A stretch of 64,000 nucleotides of DNA, from contig JAFGVA010000223.1 of NCBI GenBank assembly GCA_016938235.1, forward strand, positions 406 to 64,405. Direction: 5' to 3'. Each line of letters begins with the position of its first letter. The stretch's first letter is position 1. Positions 8,802-19,388 of the stretch are shown piece by piece. The DNA comes from Bacteroidales bacterium (GTDB lineage Bacteria; Bacteroidota; Bacteroidia; Bacteroidales; UBA10428). The translations under genes and the position numbers were made by a program. Under the pieces are notes generated by a model. That model was not told where the DNA came from, did no database searches, and saw nothing but the letters and a program-made list of their open reading frames with translations.

Positions 8802-9326
8802 ATGACGATAGATATTGCTTTTATTTTAGTATTTGCCTGGGCTTCGTACCGCGGGTTCAGCAAAGGTTTTTTGTTGCAAGTTGCTACTTTGGCAGCATTG
8901 TTCCTTGGCATTTACGGCACAATTTATTTCTCCAGTTTCACTTCAGAATTTCTCATCGATAAATTTGAATTAGCGGGTAAATATTTACCAATCATCTCGT
9001 TTACTGTTACATTTCTAATCATTGTTTTCATGGTGCATTTGGTAGCCCGGTTAATTGAAAAAGTACTCGAAGCGGTTGCTTTAGGTTTTGCAAACAGAAT
9101 TGCCGGTGCTGTATTTAGCATCTTTAAATACGCTATGATTATAAGTGTAATTCTAGTTGTTTTAAATACAATTCAAACTCAAAAACCTTTTCTGCCTGTC
9201 GATAAACTTAACGAATCGAAACTTTACAAGCCACTTTCGAAACTGGCGCCTTCGATTTTTCCCTATCTGAAGTTCGAAAGTACCCGTGAGATTATTGATA
9301 AAGCGAGGAAAGAAATACCGGTTTAA
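8802..9326 (+). CDS. cvpA: CvpA-family membrane protein
   Basis: 174 aa with 4 predicted TM segments. N-terminus MTIDIAFILVFAWASYRGFSKGFLLQV is typical of the CvpA family. Confidence 0.7.
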   Translation: MTIDIAFILVFAWASYRGFSKGFLLQVATLAALFLGIYGTIYFSSFTSEFLIDKFELAGKYLPIISFTVTFLIIVFMVHLVARLIEKVLEAVALGFANRIAGAVFSIFKYAMIISVILVVLNTIQTQKPFLPVDKLNESKLYKPLSKLAPSIFPYLKFESTREIIDKARKEIPV

Positions 9327-9419
9327 GTTTAGCTGAGATTTTAAATTACAATAACAGATTGCTAAGTCATTAAAATGCTATTCTTTGGGCTTTTTATCTT
9401 GATGTTATATCTCAAATGT

Positions 9420-9427
9420 TATCTTTG
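9420..9427 (+). promoter_or_regulatory. Candidate -7 box (TAnnTTTG)
   Basis: TATCTTTG, 34 nt upstream of the tyrS GTG start. Confidence 0.4.
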
Positions 9428-9460
9428 CAAAAATTTTTTTAGCAATTAATACCGAATCTT

Positions 9461-10753
9461 GTGAATTTCATTGAGGATTTGAAATGGAGAGGCATGATAC
9501 ACGATATTATGCCGGGTACCGAGGAGCAACTGAAAAAAGAAATGACTACAGCTTATGTGGGCTTTGATCCCACATCCGATTCGTTGCATGTTGGAAGTTT
9601 CGCGCAAATTATGCTGCTGAAACGGTTTCAAATGGCAGGGCATAAACCGCTTGCTCTTGTTGGCGGTGCAACCGGAATGATAGGAGATCCTTCCGGAAAA
9701 TCGCAGGAGAGAAACCTGCTGAATGAAGAAACTCTGCAAAAAAATCTGAACGGTATCAAGGCACAGTTATCAAAATTTCTTGATTTTGAATCGGACTCCC
9801 CCAACAAAGCCGAATTGGTAAATAATTACGATTGGATGAAGGATTTTTCTTTTCTTGAATTCATTCGTGATATTGGGAAACATATTACCGTTAATTACAT
9901 GATGTCGAAAGACAGTGTAAAAAAACGCCTGGGTGAAGAATCAAAACAGGGGATGTCTTTCACTGAGTTTACCTATCAGCTTGTGCAGGGCTATGATTTT
10001 CTTTTCCTGAATCAGAACAGGATGTGTAAACTACAAATGGGAGGTTCTGACCAGTGGGGAAATATTGTTACCGGCACTGAACTTATCAGAAGAAAAACCG
10101 GAGGTGAAGCTTTTGCATTAACTATTCCCCTGGTTACTAAAGCTGACGGAGGTAAGTTTGGAAAAACAGAAACCGGAAATGTATGGCTTGACCCTGACAA
10201 AACAAGTCCTTATGCTTTTTACCAGTTCTGGTTAAATACATCGGATGATGATGCTGCCAAATACATTAAAATATTTACCTTGCTTAGTCACGATGATATT
10301 GATTCGCTGATTGAAGAGCACAATAAGGAACCGCACCTCAGAGTTCTACAAAAGAAACTTGCCGAAGAACTTACAATAATGGTGCATAGCAGAGAAGAAA
10401 TGGAAAATGCCCTTGAAGCTTCGCAAATATTATTCGGCAAAGGTACTACCGAAAGTCTTACAAAGCTTGACGAGCGTACTTTTTTATCGATTTTCGAAGG
10501 AGTACCTATATTTGAGGTCGAAAGCAGCAAATTAACACAAGGTATCGGAGTGCTTGATTTACTTGCTGAAGAAACAGAAGTATTCCCGTCGAAAGGAGAG
10601 CTTAGAAGAATGATAAAGGGAGGCGGGTTGAGTATAAATAAACAGAAAGTTGAATCTGAGGAGCTAACTCTTACCAACAGCGAGCTACTGAATAATAAGT
10701 ATTTATTGATACAAAAAGGCAAAAAGAACTATTACCTGATTACAGTTAAATAA
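9461..10753 (+). CDS. tyrS: Tyrosine--tRNA ligase
   Basis: 430 aa. Class I HIGH-type motif (DSLHVGS), KMSKS-type KFGKT, C-terminal S4-like domain. GTG start per ORF track. Confidence 0.9.
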   Translation: MNFIEDLKWRGMIHDIMPGTEEQLKKEMTTAYVGFDPTSDSLHVGSFAQIMLLKRFQMAGHKPLALVGGATGMIGDPSGKSQERNLLNEETLQKNLNGIKAQLSKFLDFESDSPNKAELVNNYDWMKDFSFLEFIRDIGKHITVNYMMSKDSVKKRLGEESKQGMSFTEFTYQLVQGYDFLFLNQNRMCKLQMGGSDQWGNIVTGTELIRRKTGGEAFALTIPLVTKADGGKFGKTETGNVWLDPDKTSPYAFYQFWLNTSDDDAAKYIKIFTLLSHDDIDSLIEEHNKEPHLRVLQKKLAEELTIMVHSREEMENALEASQILFGKGTTESLTKLDERTFLSIFEGVPIFEVESSKLTQGIGVLDLLAEETEVFPSKGELRRMIKGGGLSINKQKVESEELTLTNSELLNNKYLLIQKGKKNYYLITVK

Positions 10754-10761
10754 CTAACCTT

Positions 10762-11796
10762 ATGGGAAAATCACCTAAGAAAAACAAAGTTTATGATGCA
10801 TTTGATTTAATTGCATTTGCATGGGATAAAAAAGGTATCCTGATTGGTGTCACTACGCTTGGAGCCATAGCTTCAATTATTATTTCACTCCTGATGCCCG
10901 AAAAGTTCAAATCAACAGTTGTGTTGTTTCCGGCAGCATCGGTTTCTATTTCAAAGAGCCTTGTAGAAACTTCATCCATATCTATGGATAGCAGGGATAT
11001 TTTATCTTTTGGCAGGGAAGAAGATGCTGAAAGGATGTTACAGATTCTTAATTCAAACAAAATAAAAGAACATATTGTAAGTAAATTTAGCTTATTTACG
11101 CATTACGAAATTGATATGGATCCTAAAAACTTCCCCTATACCAAACTCGACAACAAATATAAATCGAACATAAAATACCGGCGTACCGAATACCAGTCGA
11201 TTGAAATTTCGGTCTTGGATGAAGATCCACAATATGCAGCCAATATGGCCAATGAAATTGCTTCATACATCGACTCAACAATACATGGTATGCAAAAGGA
11301 CAGGGCATTAGAAGCCTATAAAATTGTAAAAAGGGAATATGAGCTAAGTCAGTTACAAATTGATGAATTTAGCGACTCTATCCAAAAAATCAGGAGCCTG
11401 GGAATTATCGATTATGAATCGCAGGCAGCTGCTTTAAACGAGGCATACGCTTCAGCACTTTCGAAAGGCGATAATAATGCAGCAAATTCTATAAAAAGCA
11501 GAATGAATATCCTGGCTCGCTATGGTGGAGTTTATGTAGAATTATCGAAGAAACTGGAATCGGAAATTGAGCGACTGGGGATGCTAAAAGACAAATATGC
11601 GGCTGCAAAAATTAATGTTGAACAAACAGTGCCACAGATATTTATTGTTGACAGTGCTCAGGTATCGGAGCAAAAATCAGAGCCTGTTCGTTCTGTAATT
11701 GTAATGATTAGCACGCTTTCCAGTTTTGCTTTTACCCTGCTGTTATTATTGATTATCGACAACGTAAAAGCCAGAAGTAATTCAAAAAAGAATTAG
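10762..11796 (+). CDS. Wzz-like polysaccharide chain-length determinant protein
   Basis: 344 aa. N-terminal TM after DLIAFAWDKKGILIG, long coiled periplasmic region, C-terminal TM. Directly precedes the O-antigen-ligase-like gene. Confidence 0.6.
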   Translation: MGKSPKKNKVYDAFDLIAFAWDKKGILIGVTTLGAIASIIISLLMPEKFKSTVVLFPAASVSISKSLVETSSISMDSRDILSFGREEDAERMLQILNSNKIKEHIVSKFSLFTHYEIDMDPKNFPYTKLDNKYKSNIKYRRTEYQSIEISVLDEDPQYAANMANEIASYIDSTIHGMQKDRALEAYKIVKREYELSQLQIDEFSDSIQKIRSLGIIDYESQAAALNEAYASALSKGDNNAANSIKSRMNILARYGGVYVELSKKLESEIERLGMLKDKYAAAKINVEQTVPQIFIVDSAQVSEQKSEPVRSVIVMISTLSSFAFTLLLLLIIDNVKARSNSKKN

Positions 11797-11802
11797 TAAA
11801 AA

Positions 11803-13296
11803 GTGCTGGAACTCATCAGGCAATATAGAGCAAACCTGGGTGTTGTATTACTTGTTTTGGCATACATAGTGTCGAACATGATATTTACATTCAAAGGAAT
11901 ATATTTTCTAAATGTATTGCCTGTTGTTGTATTCATTGTATACCTGGCATTTGTAAGGCTCGACATTCTTTATTTTATAATTATTGCATCTACGCCATTA
12001 TCTATTCCGCTGATCGAGTTTTACCGTTCTTCACCCATCGATTTTTATATACCCACAGAACCTTTGTTGTTCGGGGTTATGATAATTGTGATTTTTAAGC
12101 TGGCTAAAAAGAATTTTATAGATCGCCGTATTATCAGTCACCCGGTTTCGCTGGCAATTTTGTTCAATTTATTATGGTTGCTGTTTACGTCCATAACAAG
12201 TACAATGCCGCTGGTATCATTTAAATTTTTATTAGCACGTATTTGGTTTCTAACTACATTTTATTTGGTGGCCATCTATATTTTCAGAGATCCGAGAAAT
12301 ATACCCAAACTTGTGTGGGCCTATACCATACCCTTACTTGTAGTAATAGCGTATGCAATAAATCGTCATTTGGCATGGGGCCTGTTTGACAAGCAGGCTG
12401 CGCATACTGTTATGAATCCTTTTTACAGGGATCACACGTCGTATGGAGCCATACTGGCCATGGTACTATTTGCTTATGCCGGAGTTAACTTAAAAAAGGG
12501 TCAGAGTTTTTTAAGAAAAACAGCTATATGGTCAGTATTTACAATTCTTTTTATCGCTCTTATTTTGTCTTATACACGGGCAGCCTGGATTAGCGTTATT
12601 TGTGGCCTCATGATTATCGGGTTTACAATGGCAAAAATAAAGTTTAAGTACCTGGCAATTGCGGGAATTGTAATACTGGGAGTTCTTTTTAACAACAGAT
12701 ACTCGATTGTACATAAACTGGAAAAGAACAAGCAGGATTCTTCAACAAATATAGCAGAGCATTTTCAGTCGGTTACCAATATTGCCACTGATGAATCGAA
12801 TCTTGAGCGTTTAAACCGGTGGGCAGCAGCAATAAGAATGTTTAAAGAAAGACCTGTATTCGGCTTCGGCCCAGGCACATACATGTTTAACTATGCTCCC
12901 TATCAGCTATCGTACCAAAAAACCAACATAAGCACTAACTTTGGTGACCTTGGAAATGCCCATAGCGAATACATTGGCCCCCTGGCCGAAGCCGGAATTT
13001 TGGGCAGCTTGTCTTTTATTCTGATAGCCGTGGTAAGTATTTATATTGGATATAAAGTTTACAACAGGATAAAGGAACGTCAGTTACGTATTGTTTTATT
13101 AACATCGATGGTAGCACTTATTACCTACCTGATACATGGTTTTCTGAATAACTTTCTTGATACAGACAAGGCATCTTCGTTGTTCTGGGGGTTTATTGCA
13201 ATTATTGTATCGTTAGATATTTATTACAAACCCGGTAAGAAAAGAAACCTTCTCCAGAGTCAGGAGGATCAAAATAAGAAAGAAACAGTTAAGTAA
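11803..13296 (+). CDS. O-antigen ligase / Wzy_C-like polytopic membrane protein
   Basis: 497 aa with at least 10 TM segments. Has the Wzy_C-type loop motif SYTRAAWISVICGL and a periplasmic loop with HSEYIGPLAE. Confidence 0.65.
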   Translation: MLELIRQYRANLGVVLLVLAYIVSNMIFTFKGIYFLNVLPVVVFIVYLAFVRLDILYFIIIASTPLSIPLIEFYRSSPIDFYIPTEPLLFGVMIIVIFKLAKKNFIDRRIISHPVSLAILFNLLWLLFTSITSTMPLVSFKFLLARIWFLTTFYLVAIYIFRDPRNIPKLVWAYTIPLLVVIAYAINRHLAWGLFDKQAAHTVMNPFYRDHTSYGAILAMVLFAYAGVNLKKGQSFLRKTAIWSVFTILFIALILSYTRAAWISVICGLMIIGFTMAKIKFKYLAIAGIVILGVLFNNRYSIVHKLEKNKQDSSTNIAEHFQSVTNIATDESNLERLNRWAAAIRMFKERPVFGFGPGTYMFNYAPYQLSYQKTNISTNFGDLGNAHSEYIGPLAEAGILGSLSFILIAVVSIYIGYKVYNRIKERQLRIVLLTSMVALITYLIHGFLNNFLDTDKASSLFWGFIAIIVSLDIYYKPGKKRNLLQSQEDQNKKETVK

Positions 13297-13340
13297 TAAT
13301 AAAAGGCGAAGCCGGATTAAACAACTCTTTACAAACTTTA

Positions 13341-15221
13341 TTAATTGTTTTTCTGGTAGCAACGAACCCAGTCAATTTCCATAGAGTCAGGTAACCCGAG
13401 GTTTGTTTCTTTATAAAGGCCTGCACTTAAATTCAGATACATTTCTTCCGATGGTACCTTACCCTTAATGGTTTTTACATCCAACCCGTTAATTCGCCAG
13501 ACAATTGTATTTTCGTCCCATTCCAAGCTGAAAACATGGAAATCTGCAGAATATCTGCTACGGCTGATGCTTTTCTTAATTTTCACATTATCGTCATAGC
13601 GTATACCGAAATTGCATTTATTTGTTGCTTCTACAACATTAATATGTGGGGTGTTTTGTTCACCAACCATCCAGAAAGCATTAATAAGGTTACTGTTTTT
13701 AGCGAATTTTATTTTTGCTTCAAAGTACCCGTATTTCTGTCGGAAACTTTTGCCGCTATTAATAATACCTGAGGAATAATTATATTCTCGCGGAATAAAG
13801 CCGTGTTCCATAGTCCAGGCTTTACCCATATTTTTTTCCGATTTTGTTACTATTTTTAATACAGTTCCGTTAAGCTCCAGATTTTTCCCTTCTGAGATAA
13901 AATGTTTTTCATTTTCCAAAGAGTATGTATCACCAATAGTTTCTTCGCCCCAATAATACTTTGTCAGCCATTTTTTGCTATCTACCGAACCTTTATCAAA
14001 ATCATCCTCGAAGGTAACCGACCAGTTTTGAATCCAGTCAAATTTCTTGTGGCCCCTGGTTTTAAAGTACCAAACAATTTTTTCCGATTTCTTAAGTTTT
14101 TCAAATTCTGCTAACTGCTTATAAACCTCAGACTGCTGCCAACGCGTTACGGGTTTTAGTTCAAGATACTTTTTCTTTTCAAGAAATTCTTCGGTTTTAA
14201 TGTATTCCGAAAGGGCTTCAAACTTCAGGAGTTTATCGGAGTTACTAATATTGTTGTAGTTGGCCAGTTCTTTTGATTTTCCGAATTTAAAATAGTGTTT
14301 AATATCGGCATCTTTTTGTAATGCTTCAAAATCTTTTAACTTTTTAAATTCGGCTGTACTTTCGAACTTTGCCTTTTCAATTTTGTTTTTTTCACTCTTA
14401 AATTCTTCCGATAGAATATACGTTTCAAGTTCTGTATATACCGACAATTCTTTAGAACCCTCAAGCTTTTGGTAGTGTGTATATATAGCGGAATTTTTAA
14501 GTTTATTATAAGCCTTTATATTTTTAGATTTAGCAAGTGTGGTATATTCTAAAAGCTGTTTACCTTCATCGGACTCCTGGAATTCAGCTTTTTTCATTGA
14601 AGATTTTTTCTTTGCAAATTCAGCAGAAGAGGTGATTTTTTTAAGTTCTTCGTAACGTTTTATTGTATCGCTGTTATCTAATTCTTTAAATGCCGGGAAT
14701 AACTTATCAGAAGTAAATTTTAAATAAGCTTTAAATTGTTGCGAATTTTTTAGTTTCTGGTATTCAAAAAGTTTTTTGCCTGGTTCAGATTGCTCAAATC
14801 TTTTCTTTCCAGGGGTCTTATAGTAAAGTTTTACCTTATTATATTCGTCGGACTGTAAGTATTGCTCAAGCGACTTATAATTCTCAGGTTTATCGGATGC
14901 TTTTGTTTCGTTATAGCTTTTTAAAGCTGCAGATGATAAGGTTTTATAATAGAGTTTGAGTGAAGAATCTTTCTTTAATTGCTTGTATTCCTGTTCTTTT
15001 TTATATTCTTCCGAATCCTTGTATTTCAAGGACAACAATTCGTTTTTTTGTTTTGTAAACTCTTCAGAATTTACATACTTTTCCAGTTCCCTGTATCTGG
15101 TAAGCTCATCAGAAGATTCAAAATCTCCAAGCGCTTTATATTCATCTTCGAGTTCTTTACGTTTTTGCTCGTACACACTGGTTTTAGGGAAAAGCCCAAG
15201 TAATGTTTTAAGTCCGGCCAT
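13341..15221 (-). CDS. K/E/Y-rich repeat protein with C-terminal GH16-fold (concanavalin-like) domain lacking the canonical catalytic motif
   Basis: 626 aa with no signal peptide. About 390 aa of degenerate helical repeats (..EYxxLKxSxxIKxY..). The C-terminal ~230 aa carry GH16-like SGIINSGKSF..YGYFEAKIKF..NAFWMVG and EIDWVRCYQ, but the ExDxxE position reads HINVVE (13629-13646). Confidence 0.7.
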   Translation of the reverse strand: MAGLKTLLGLFPKTSVYEQKRKELEDEYKALGDFESSDELTRYRELEKYVNSEEFTKQKNELLSLKYKDSEEYKKEQEYKQLKKDSSLKLYYKTLSSAALKSYNETKASDKPENYKSLEQYLQSDEYNKVKLYYKTPGKKRFEQSEPGKKLFEYQKLKNSQQFKAYLKFTSDKLFPAFKELDNSDTIKRYEELKKITSSAEFAKKKSSMKKAEFQESDEGKQLLEYTTLAKSKNIKAYNKLKNSAIYTHYQKLEGSKELSVYTELETYILSEEFKSEKNKIEKAKFESTAEFKKLKDFEALQKDADIKHYFKFGKSKELANYNNISNSDKLLKFEALSEYIKTEEFLEKKKYLELKPVTRWQQSEVYKQLAEFEKLKKSEKIVWYFKTRGHKKFDWIQNWSVTFEDDFDKGSVDSKKWLTKYYWGEETIGDTYSLENEKHFISEGKNLELNGTVLKIVTKSEKNMGKAWTMEHGFIPREYNYSSGIINSGKSFRQKYGYFEAKIKFAKNSNLINAFWMVGEQNTPHINVVEATNKCNFGIRYDDNVKIKKSISRSRYSADFHVFSLEWDENTIVWRINGLDVKTIKGKVPSEEMYLNLSAGLYKETNLGLPDSMEIDWVRCYQKNN

Positions 15222-15515
15222 TTAAGCGTTAGTTTTTGCTATATTAAAATAACTCAAAATCGTGTTATTGATTGTGTGAATTTGCATTTATTCAGCTAAA
15301 GATAAAAAAAAAATCCATGTCTGGTGTCATATTTAGCGTATAACAAAATCGTTTACGAATGAACAAAGAATAAGTTACTTATAGCTTTAATTTACATAGA
15401 ATATAAAGTTGATAAAATCTCTGTTTCAAAAATCAAGAAATCCTGTTTTTTTTTGAACAGATAGCAAAAAGCCTGTAACCGCAATTGTAAATTGGGGGGG
15501 GTATTATTGCCGGAA

Positions 15516-16397
15516 TTAAGTTTTAAGTGCTTCTGCACCTCCCACAATTTCCAGTATTTCATTAGTTATTGCTGCTTGTCGGGCTTTATTATATTCCAAC
15601 TGAAGTTCTTTAATTAATTCAGAAGCATTATCTGTTGCCTTATGCATAGCAGTCATTCTGGCCCCCTGTTCTGAAGCGTTTGAATCCAGAACAGCTTTAT
15701 ACAGTTTAATTTTAAGTGACTTTGGAATTAACCAGCCAACTATAGATTCTTTTGAAGGTTCGAGTATATAATCAAAGTGCACCTCAGCATAAGCTTTCTG
15801 CTCCGGTAATTCAAAAGGAAGATATTGATCGGCAATAACCTCCTGATTGGCAGCATTTTTAAACTGGTTGTAATAGATTTTTATCAGATCAAATTTACCA
15901 TTGAGGTATTTATTATTTAGATCAAGCGCAATATTCTTTATTTCTGAGTATTGAATATCTTCTAACAGGTCGTGGTAATCGTAAGTTGATTTATACCCTT
16001 TCGATTTTAAAAGTTCGGCACCTTTTTTACCGACACAAAAAATTTCAATGCCTCCTTTTTTTGCTAATTCAGCATACTCTTCCTGAATATCAGCAATCAC
16101 ATTTTTCACAACATTTGAATTAAATGCCCCACATAATCCCTTATTAGAGGTAATTACTATAAACAAAGCTTTATTAACTTCTCTTTTGTTCAGGTAAAGA
16201 TTAACTTCGTGGCTGTCCACATTTTTAGCAACATCATCAAGCAGCATCTCCAGTTTAGACGCATAGGGGCGAAGTTGAATTATAGCATCCTGGGCTTTAC
16301 GAAGCTTTGCGGCAGATACCATTTTCATAGCACTGGTTATTTGCCTTGTAGATTTAACCGAAGTAATACGTGTTCTTATTTCTTTAAGATTTGCCAT
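15516..16397 (-). CDS. atpG: F1 ATP synthase subunit gamma
   Basis: 293 aa. N-terminus MANLKEIRTRITSVKSTRQITSAMKMVSAAKLRKAQ and C-terminal ITNEILEIVGGAEAL are gamma hallmarks. Confidence 0.95.
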   Translation of the reverse strand: MANLKEIRTRITSVKSTRQITSAMKMVSAAKLRKAQDAIIQLRPYASKLEMLLDDVAKNVDSHEVNLYLNKREVNKALFIVITSNKGLCGAFNSNVVKNVIADIQEEYAELAKKGGIEIFCVGKKGAELLKSKGYKSTYDYHDLLEDIQYSEIKNIALDLNNKYLNGKFDLIKIYYNQFKNAANQEVIADQYLPFELPEQKAYAEVHFDYILEPSKESIVGWLIPKSLKIKLYKAVLDSNASEQGARMTAMHKATDNASELIKELQLEYNKARQAAITNEILEIVGGAEALKT

Positions 16398-16403
16398 AAA
16401 GAA

Positions 16404-17981
16404 TTAGTTAAAACGTTCTGAAACTTCCGATGCAACAGCCTTTAGGGTATCCTCGATTTGCGAATCAAACTTTCCTTCTTTTAGTGCTTCTAATACATTT
16501 TTGTGTTTCAAATCAAGGTAATCGAGAAATTCTTTTTCAAATTCACCTATTTTTTCAATCGGAACACTTGTAAGCAGTCCACGGGTACCACAGAAAATAA
16601 TTGCAATTTGTTTTTCAACGGTAAGAGGAGAGTATTGCGGTTGTTTCAGGATTTCAACATTCTTTGAACCTTTGTCCAAAACAGCAAGTGTTGTAGAATC
16701 AAGGTCAGAACCAAACTTGGCAAAAGCTTCAAGTTCGCGGTATTGTGCCTGGTCAAGTTTTAATGTACCGGCAATTTTTTTCATCGATTTAATCTGAGCA
16801 TTACCTCCAACACGCGATACCGAAATACCTACATTTATGGCAGGGCGAATACCGGCATTGAATAAGTTGGACTCCAGGAAAATTTGTCCGTCGGTAATTG
16901 AGATTACGTTTGTTGGTATGTATGCTGAAACATCACCCGCCTGTGTTTCAATAATTGGCAGGGCAGTTAAGGAGCCACCTCCTTTTACCAAAGGCTTAAG
17001 GGCATCGGGCAGGTCGTTCATGGTTGCTGCTATTTCGTCGTTATTAATAACTTTTGCAGCTCTTTCGAGTAAGCGTGAGTGCAGGTAGAAAACATCGCCC
17101 GGATAAGCTTCTCTTCCCGGGGGCCGACGTAAAAGCAAGGATACTTCGCGATATGAAACGGCCTGTTTCGAAAGGTCGTCGTAAACAATAAGTGCGGAGC
17201 GTCCGGTGTCACGGAAAAATTCTCCGATACAAACGCCGGCAAAAGGTGCATAAAACTGAAGAGCAGCCGGGTCAGAAGCATTGGCGGCCACAATTACGGT
17301 ATAGCTCATGGCTCCATTTGCTTCAAGGGTACGTGCAATGTTGGCTACTGTAGATCCTTTTTGTCCGATGGCAACATATATACAATATACAGGCTCACCT
17401 TTATCGTAAAATTCTTTTTGGTTTATAATGGTATCGATAGCAATAGCGGTTTTACCGGTTTGCCTGTCGCCAATAATAAGTTCACGCTGGCCGCGTCCAA
17501 TGGGTATCATTGCATCAATGGCCTTAATACCAGTCTGTAAAGGCTCTTTTACAGGCTGGCGATATATAACTCCCGGAGCTTTACGCTCAAAAGGCAATTC
17601 ATAGGTCTTTCCCAAAACAGCTCCCTTACCGTCAATAGGTTCTCCGATGGTATTAACAATACGGCCAAGTAAGCCCTCGCCAACCTGAATCGAAGCAATT
17701 TTCTCGGTACGCTTTACAGTATCTCCTTCTTTAACTTTTTCTGATGAACCCAGCAAAACAGCTCCAACATTGTCTTCTTCGAGGTTGAGAACAATACCTT
17801 TAACACCGGAATCGAATTCGATCATTTCGTTTGCTCTCACATTAGTTAAGCCATGAATACGGGCAATACCATCACCCACCTGTAATACAGTTCCAACCTC
17901 TTCCAGTTCTACATCGGTACTAATACCTTTAAGCTGTTGTCTTAGTATTTTCGATACTTCTGAAGGTTTTAATGTTGACAT
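16404..17981 (-). CDS. atpA: F1 ATP synthase subunit alpha
   Basis: 525 aa with Walker A GDRQTGKT and typical alpha sequence throughout. Confidence 0.97.
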   Translation of the reverse strand: MSTLKPSEVSKILRQQLKGISTDVELEEVGTVLQVGDGIARIHGLTNVRANEMIEFDSGVKGIVLNLEEDNVGAVLLGSSEKVKEGDTVKRTEKIASIQVGEGLLGRIVNTIGEPIDGKGAVLGKTYELPFERKAPGVIYRQPVKEPLQTGIKAIDAMIPIGRGQRELIIGDRQTGKTAIAIDTIINQKEFYDKGEPVYCIYVAIGQKGSTVANIARTLEANGAMSYTVIVAANASDPAALQFYAPFAGVCIGEFFRDTGRSALIVYDDLSKQAVSYREVSLLLRRPPGREAYPGDVFYLHSRLLERAAKVINNDEIAATMNDLPDALKPLVKGGGSLTALPIIETQAGDVSAYIPTNVISITDGQIFLESNLFNAGIRPAINVGISVSRVGGNAQIKSMKKIAGTLKLDQAQYRELEAFAKFGSDLDSTTLAVLDKGSKNVEILKQPQYSPLTVEKQIAIIFCGTRGLLTSVPIEKIGEFEKEFLDYLDLKHKNVLEALKEGKFDSQIEDTLKAVASEVSERFN

Positions 17982-17992
17982 ATTGGTTTTCT

Positions 17993-18535
17993 TTAATACG
18001 AATTATTCAGTTCTGTTTTTATCTTTTTAAGTTTGCTTGAAATACTGGCATCAATCTGCCGATCATCAATTTTAAGCTTGAAACCTCCAATCAGTGAAGG
18101 ATCAATCTGCTTGTTCAATTCAAGCTCAAGCTTAAATTTCTTCTTAATAAAACTTTTAATTTCTTCATGAAAATCTTCATGAATCGGGAAAGCTGTAATA
18201 ATGGATCCTTCTGTAATTCCTTTATCTTTTTTATAGTATTGCAGAAAGCTTAAGCAGATTGAATAGAGGTATAGTTCCCTTTTGTTCTTAAAGAGCAGCT
18301 TTAAAAACGAAAGGCTTAAATCATGCACTTTACCGTTGAAAATTTCATCAATAATTTTAATTTTCTGACTCTCTTTCAAAATCGGGCTGTTCAGGAAACT
18401 TTTAAATTCAGGTGATTCATTTATTGTTTCTATCAACGAAAGAATATCTTTTCTGACAGATTCTGAAGCTTTATCTTCTTCAGCTGTCTGATAAAGTGCC
18501 TTTGCATATCTTGAAGTTATTATACCTTCGTTCAT
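17993..18535 (-). CDS. atpH: F1 ATP synthase subunit delta (OSCP)
   Basis: 180 aa. N-terminal RYAKALY motif and position between atpF and atpA. Confidence 0.85.
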   Translation of the reverse strand: MNEGIITSRYAKALYQTAEEDKASESVRKDILSLIETINESPEFKSFLNSPILKESQKIKIIDEIFNGKVHDLSLSFLKLLFKNKRELYLYSICLSFLQYYKKDKGITEGSIITAFPIHEDFHEEIKSFIKKKFKLELELNKQIDPSLIGGFKLKIDDRQIDASISSKLKKIKTELNNSY

Positions 18536-18548
18536 AAATAATAGCGGG

Positions 18549-19043
18549 CTAATTAATTTTAATTTCGTGCAAATACTTATTTATTAAGTCTTTTTGCTGT
18601 GTATCCTGCTCAAGTTTTTCCTGCAACAATTTCTCGGCAATAAGCACAGAAAATTCTGCTATTTGTTCTTTTATTTCTCTGATGGCAGCAGTTTTTTCAT
18701 TCTTTATGCTTTCACGTGCACTTGCAATGAGCTTGTCGGCTTCTTCAACAGCTTTATTTTTAGCCTCGCCTATTATTTCTTCCTTAAGGTCTCTTGCTTC
18801 CTTAATAATCTTGTCGCGTTCAAGCCTGGCTTCAGCTAATATATTTTCATTATCAGCCTGAAGTCTTGCCATATCTTCCCTGGCACGATCAGCTGATTTC
18901 AAGGCCTCGCCTATCGATTCATCTCTGGTTTTTAATGCATTTAGAATAGGCTTCCATGCAAACTTTTTTAATACCAGAAATACCACCAGAAAGGCGATCG
19001 TCATCCATATTATCGTACCCGTATGTGGAGTTAAAAGTTCCAT
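18549..19043 (-). CDS. atpF: F0 ATP synthase subunit b
   Basis: 164 aa with a single N-terminal TM then a long charged helix. Position between atpE and atpH. Confidence 0.85.
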   Translation of the reverse strand: MELLTPHTGTIIWMTIAFLVVFLVLKKFAWKPILNALKTRDESIGEALKSADRAREDMARLQADNENILAEARLERDKIIKEARDLKEEIIGEAKNKAVEEADKLIASARESIKNEKTAAIREIKEQIAEFSVLIAEKLLQEKLEQDTQQKDLINKYLHEIKIN

Positions 19044-19059
19044 ATTTTTTTTGTTTAAA

Positions 19060-19094
19060 AGAGGGAAAATCAGCCAACCGCTGATTTTCCCTCT
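19060..19094 (-). promoter_or_regulatory. Strong intra-operon stem-loop between atpE and atpF
   Basis: AGAGGGAAAATCAG (19060-19073) / CTGATTTTCCCTCT (19081-19094): a perfect 14-bp stem with a 7-nt loop. On the minus-strand transcript it is followed by TTTTAAACAAAAAAAA, which is not a clean U-run. Confidence 0.7.
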
Positions 19095-19100
19095 TATGTT

Positions 19101-19367
19101 TTACTTAAGTGCCGCAAGTAAGCAAACGATTACTGCAAAAAGAGCAACACCTTCAATAAGTGCTGCAGCAACAATCATATTTGAACGTACATCACCGGCA
19201 GCTTCTGGTTGACGGGCAATAGCTTCCATGGCGTTTCCACCAATTTTACCAATACCCAAACCTGCACCGATTGCAGCAACACCAGCTCCAATAGCAGCTA
19301 CACCTGCACCAAGTGTTGATGGGTTGGCAGCAGCTTCTGCAGCTTGTTGAATAAGTCCTAATAACAT
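19101..19367 (-). CDS. atpE: F0 ATP synthase subunit c
   Basis: 88 aa. Glycine-zipper TM1, ARQPE loop, and the ion-binding carboxylate in AAALIEGVALF. Confidence 0.93.
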   Translation of the reverse strand: MLLGLIQQAAEAAANPSTLGAGVAAIGAGVAAIGAGLGIGKIGGNAMEAIARQPEAAGDVRSNMIVAAALIEGVALFAVIVCLLAALK

Positions 19368-19388
19368 AATTTTATTTTTTAGTTATTA

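Noticed and set aside
13341-14040. Annotating the C-terminal domain as an active laminarinase/GH16 enzyme
   Set aside because: The position I align to the catalytic ExDxxE strand reads HINVVE, and there is no export signal. I call only the fold, not the activity.
19262-19325. GAGVAAI-GAGVAAI duplication in the c subunit as a recent in-frame repeat expansion
   Set aside because: The two DNA copies differ at many positions, so the duplication is old. Glycine-zipper TM1 segments of c subunits are intrinsically repetitive.
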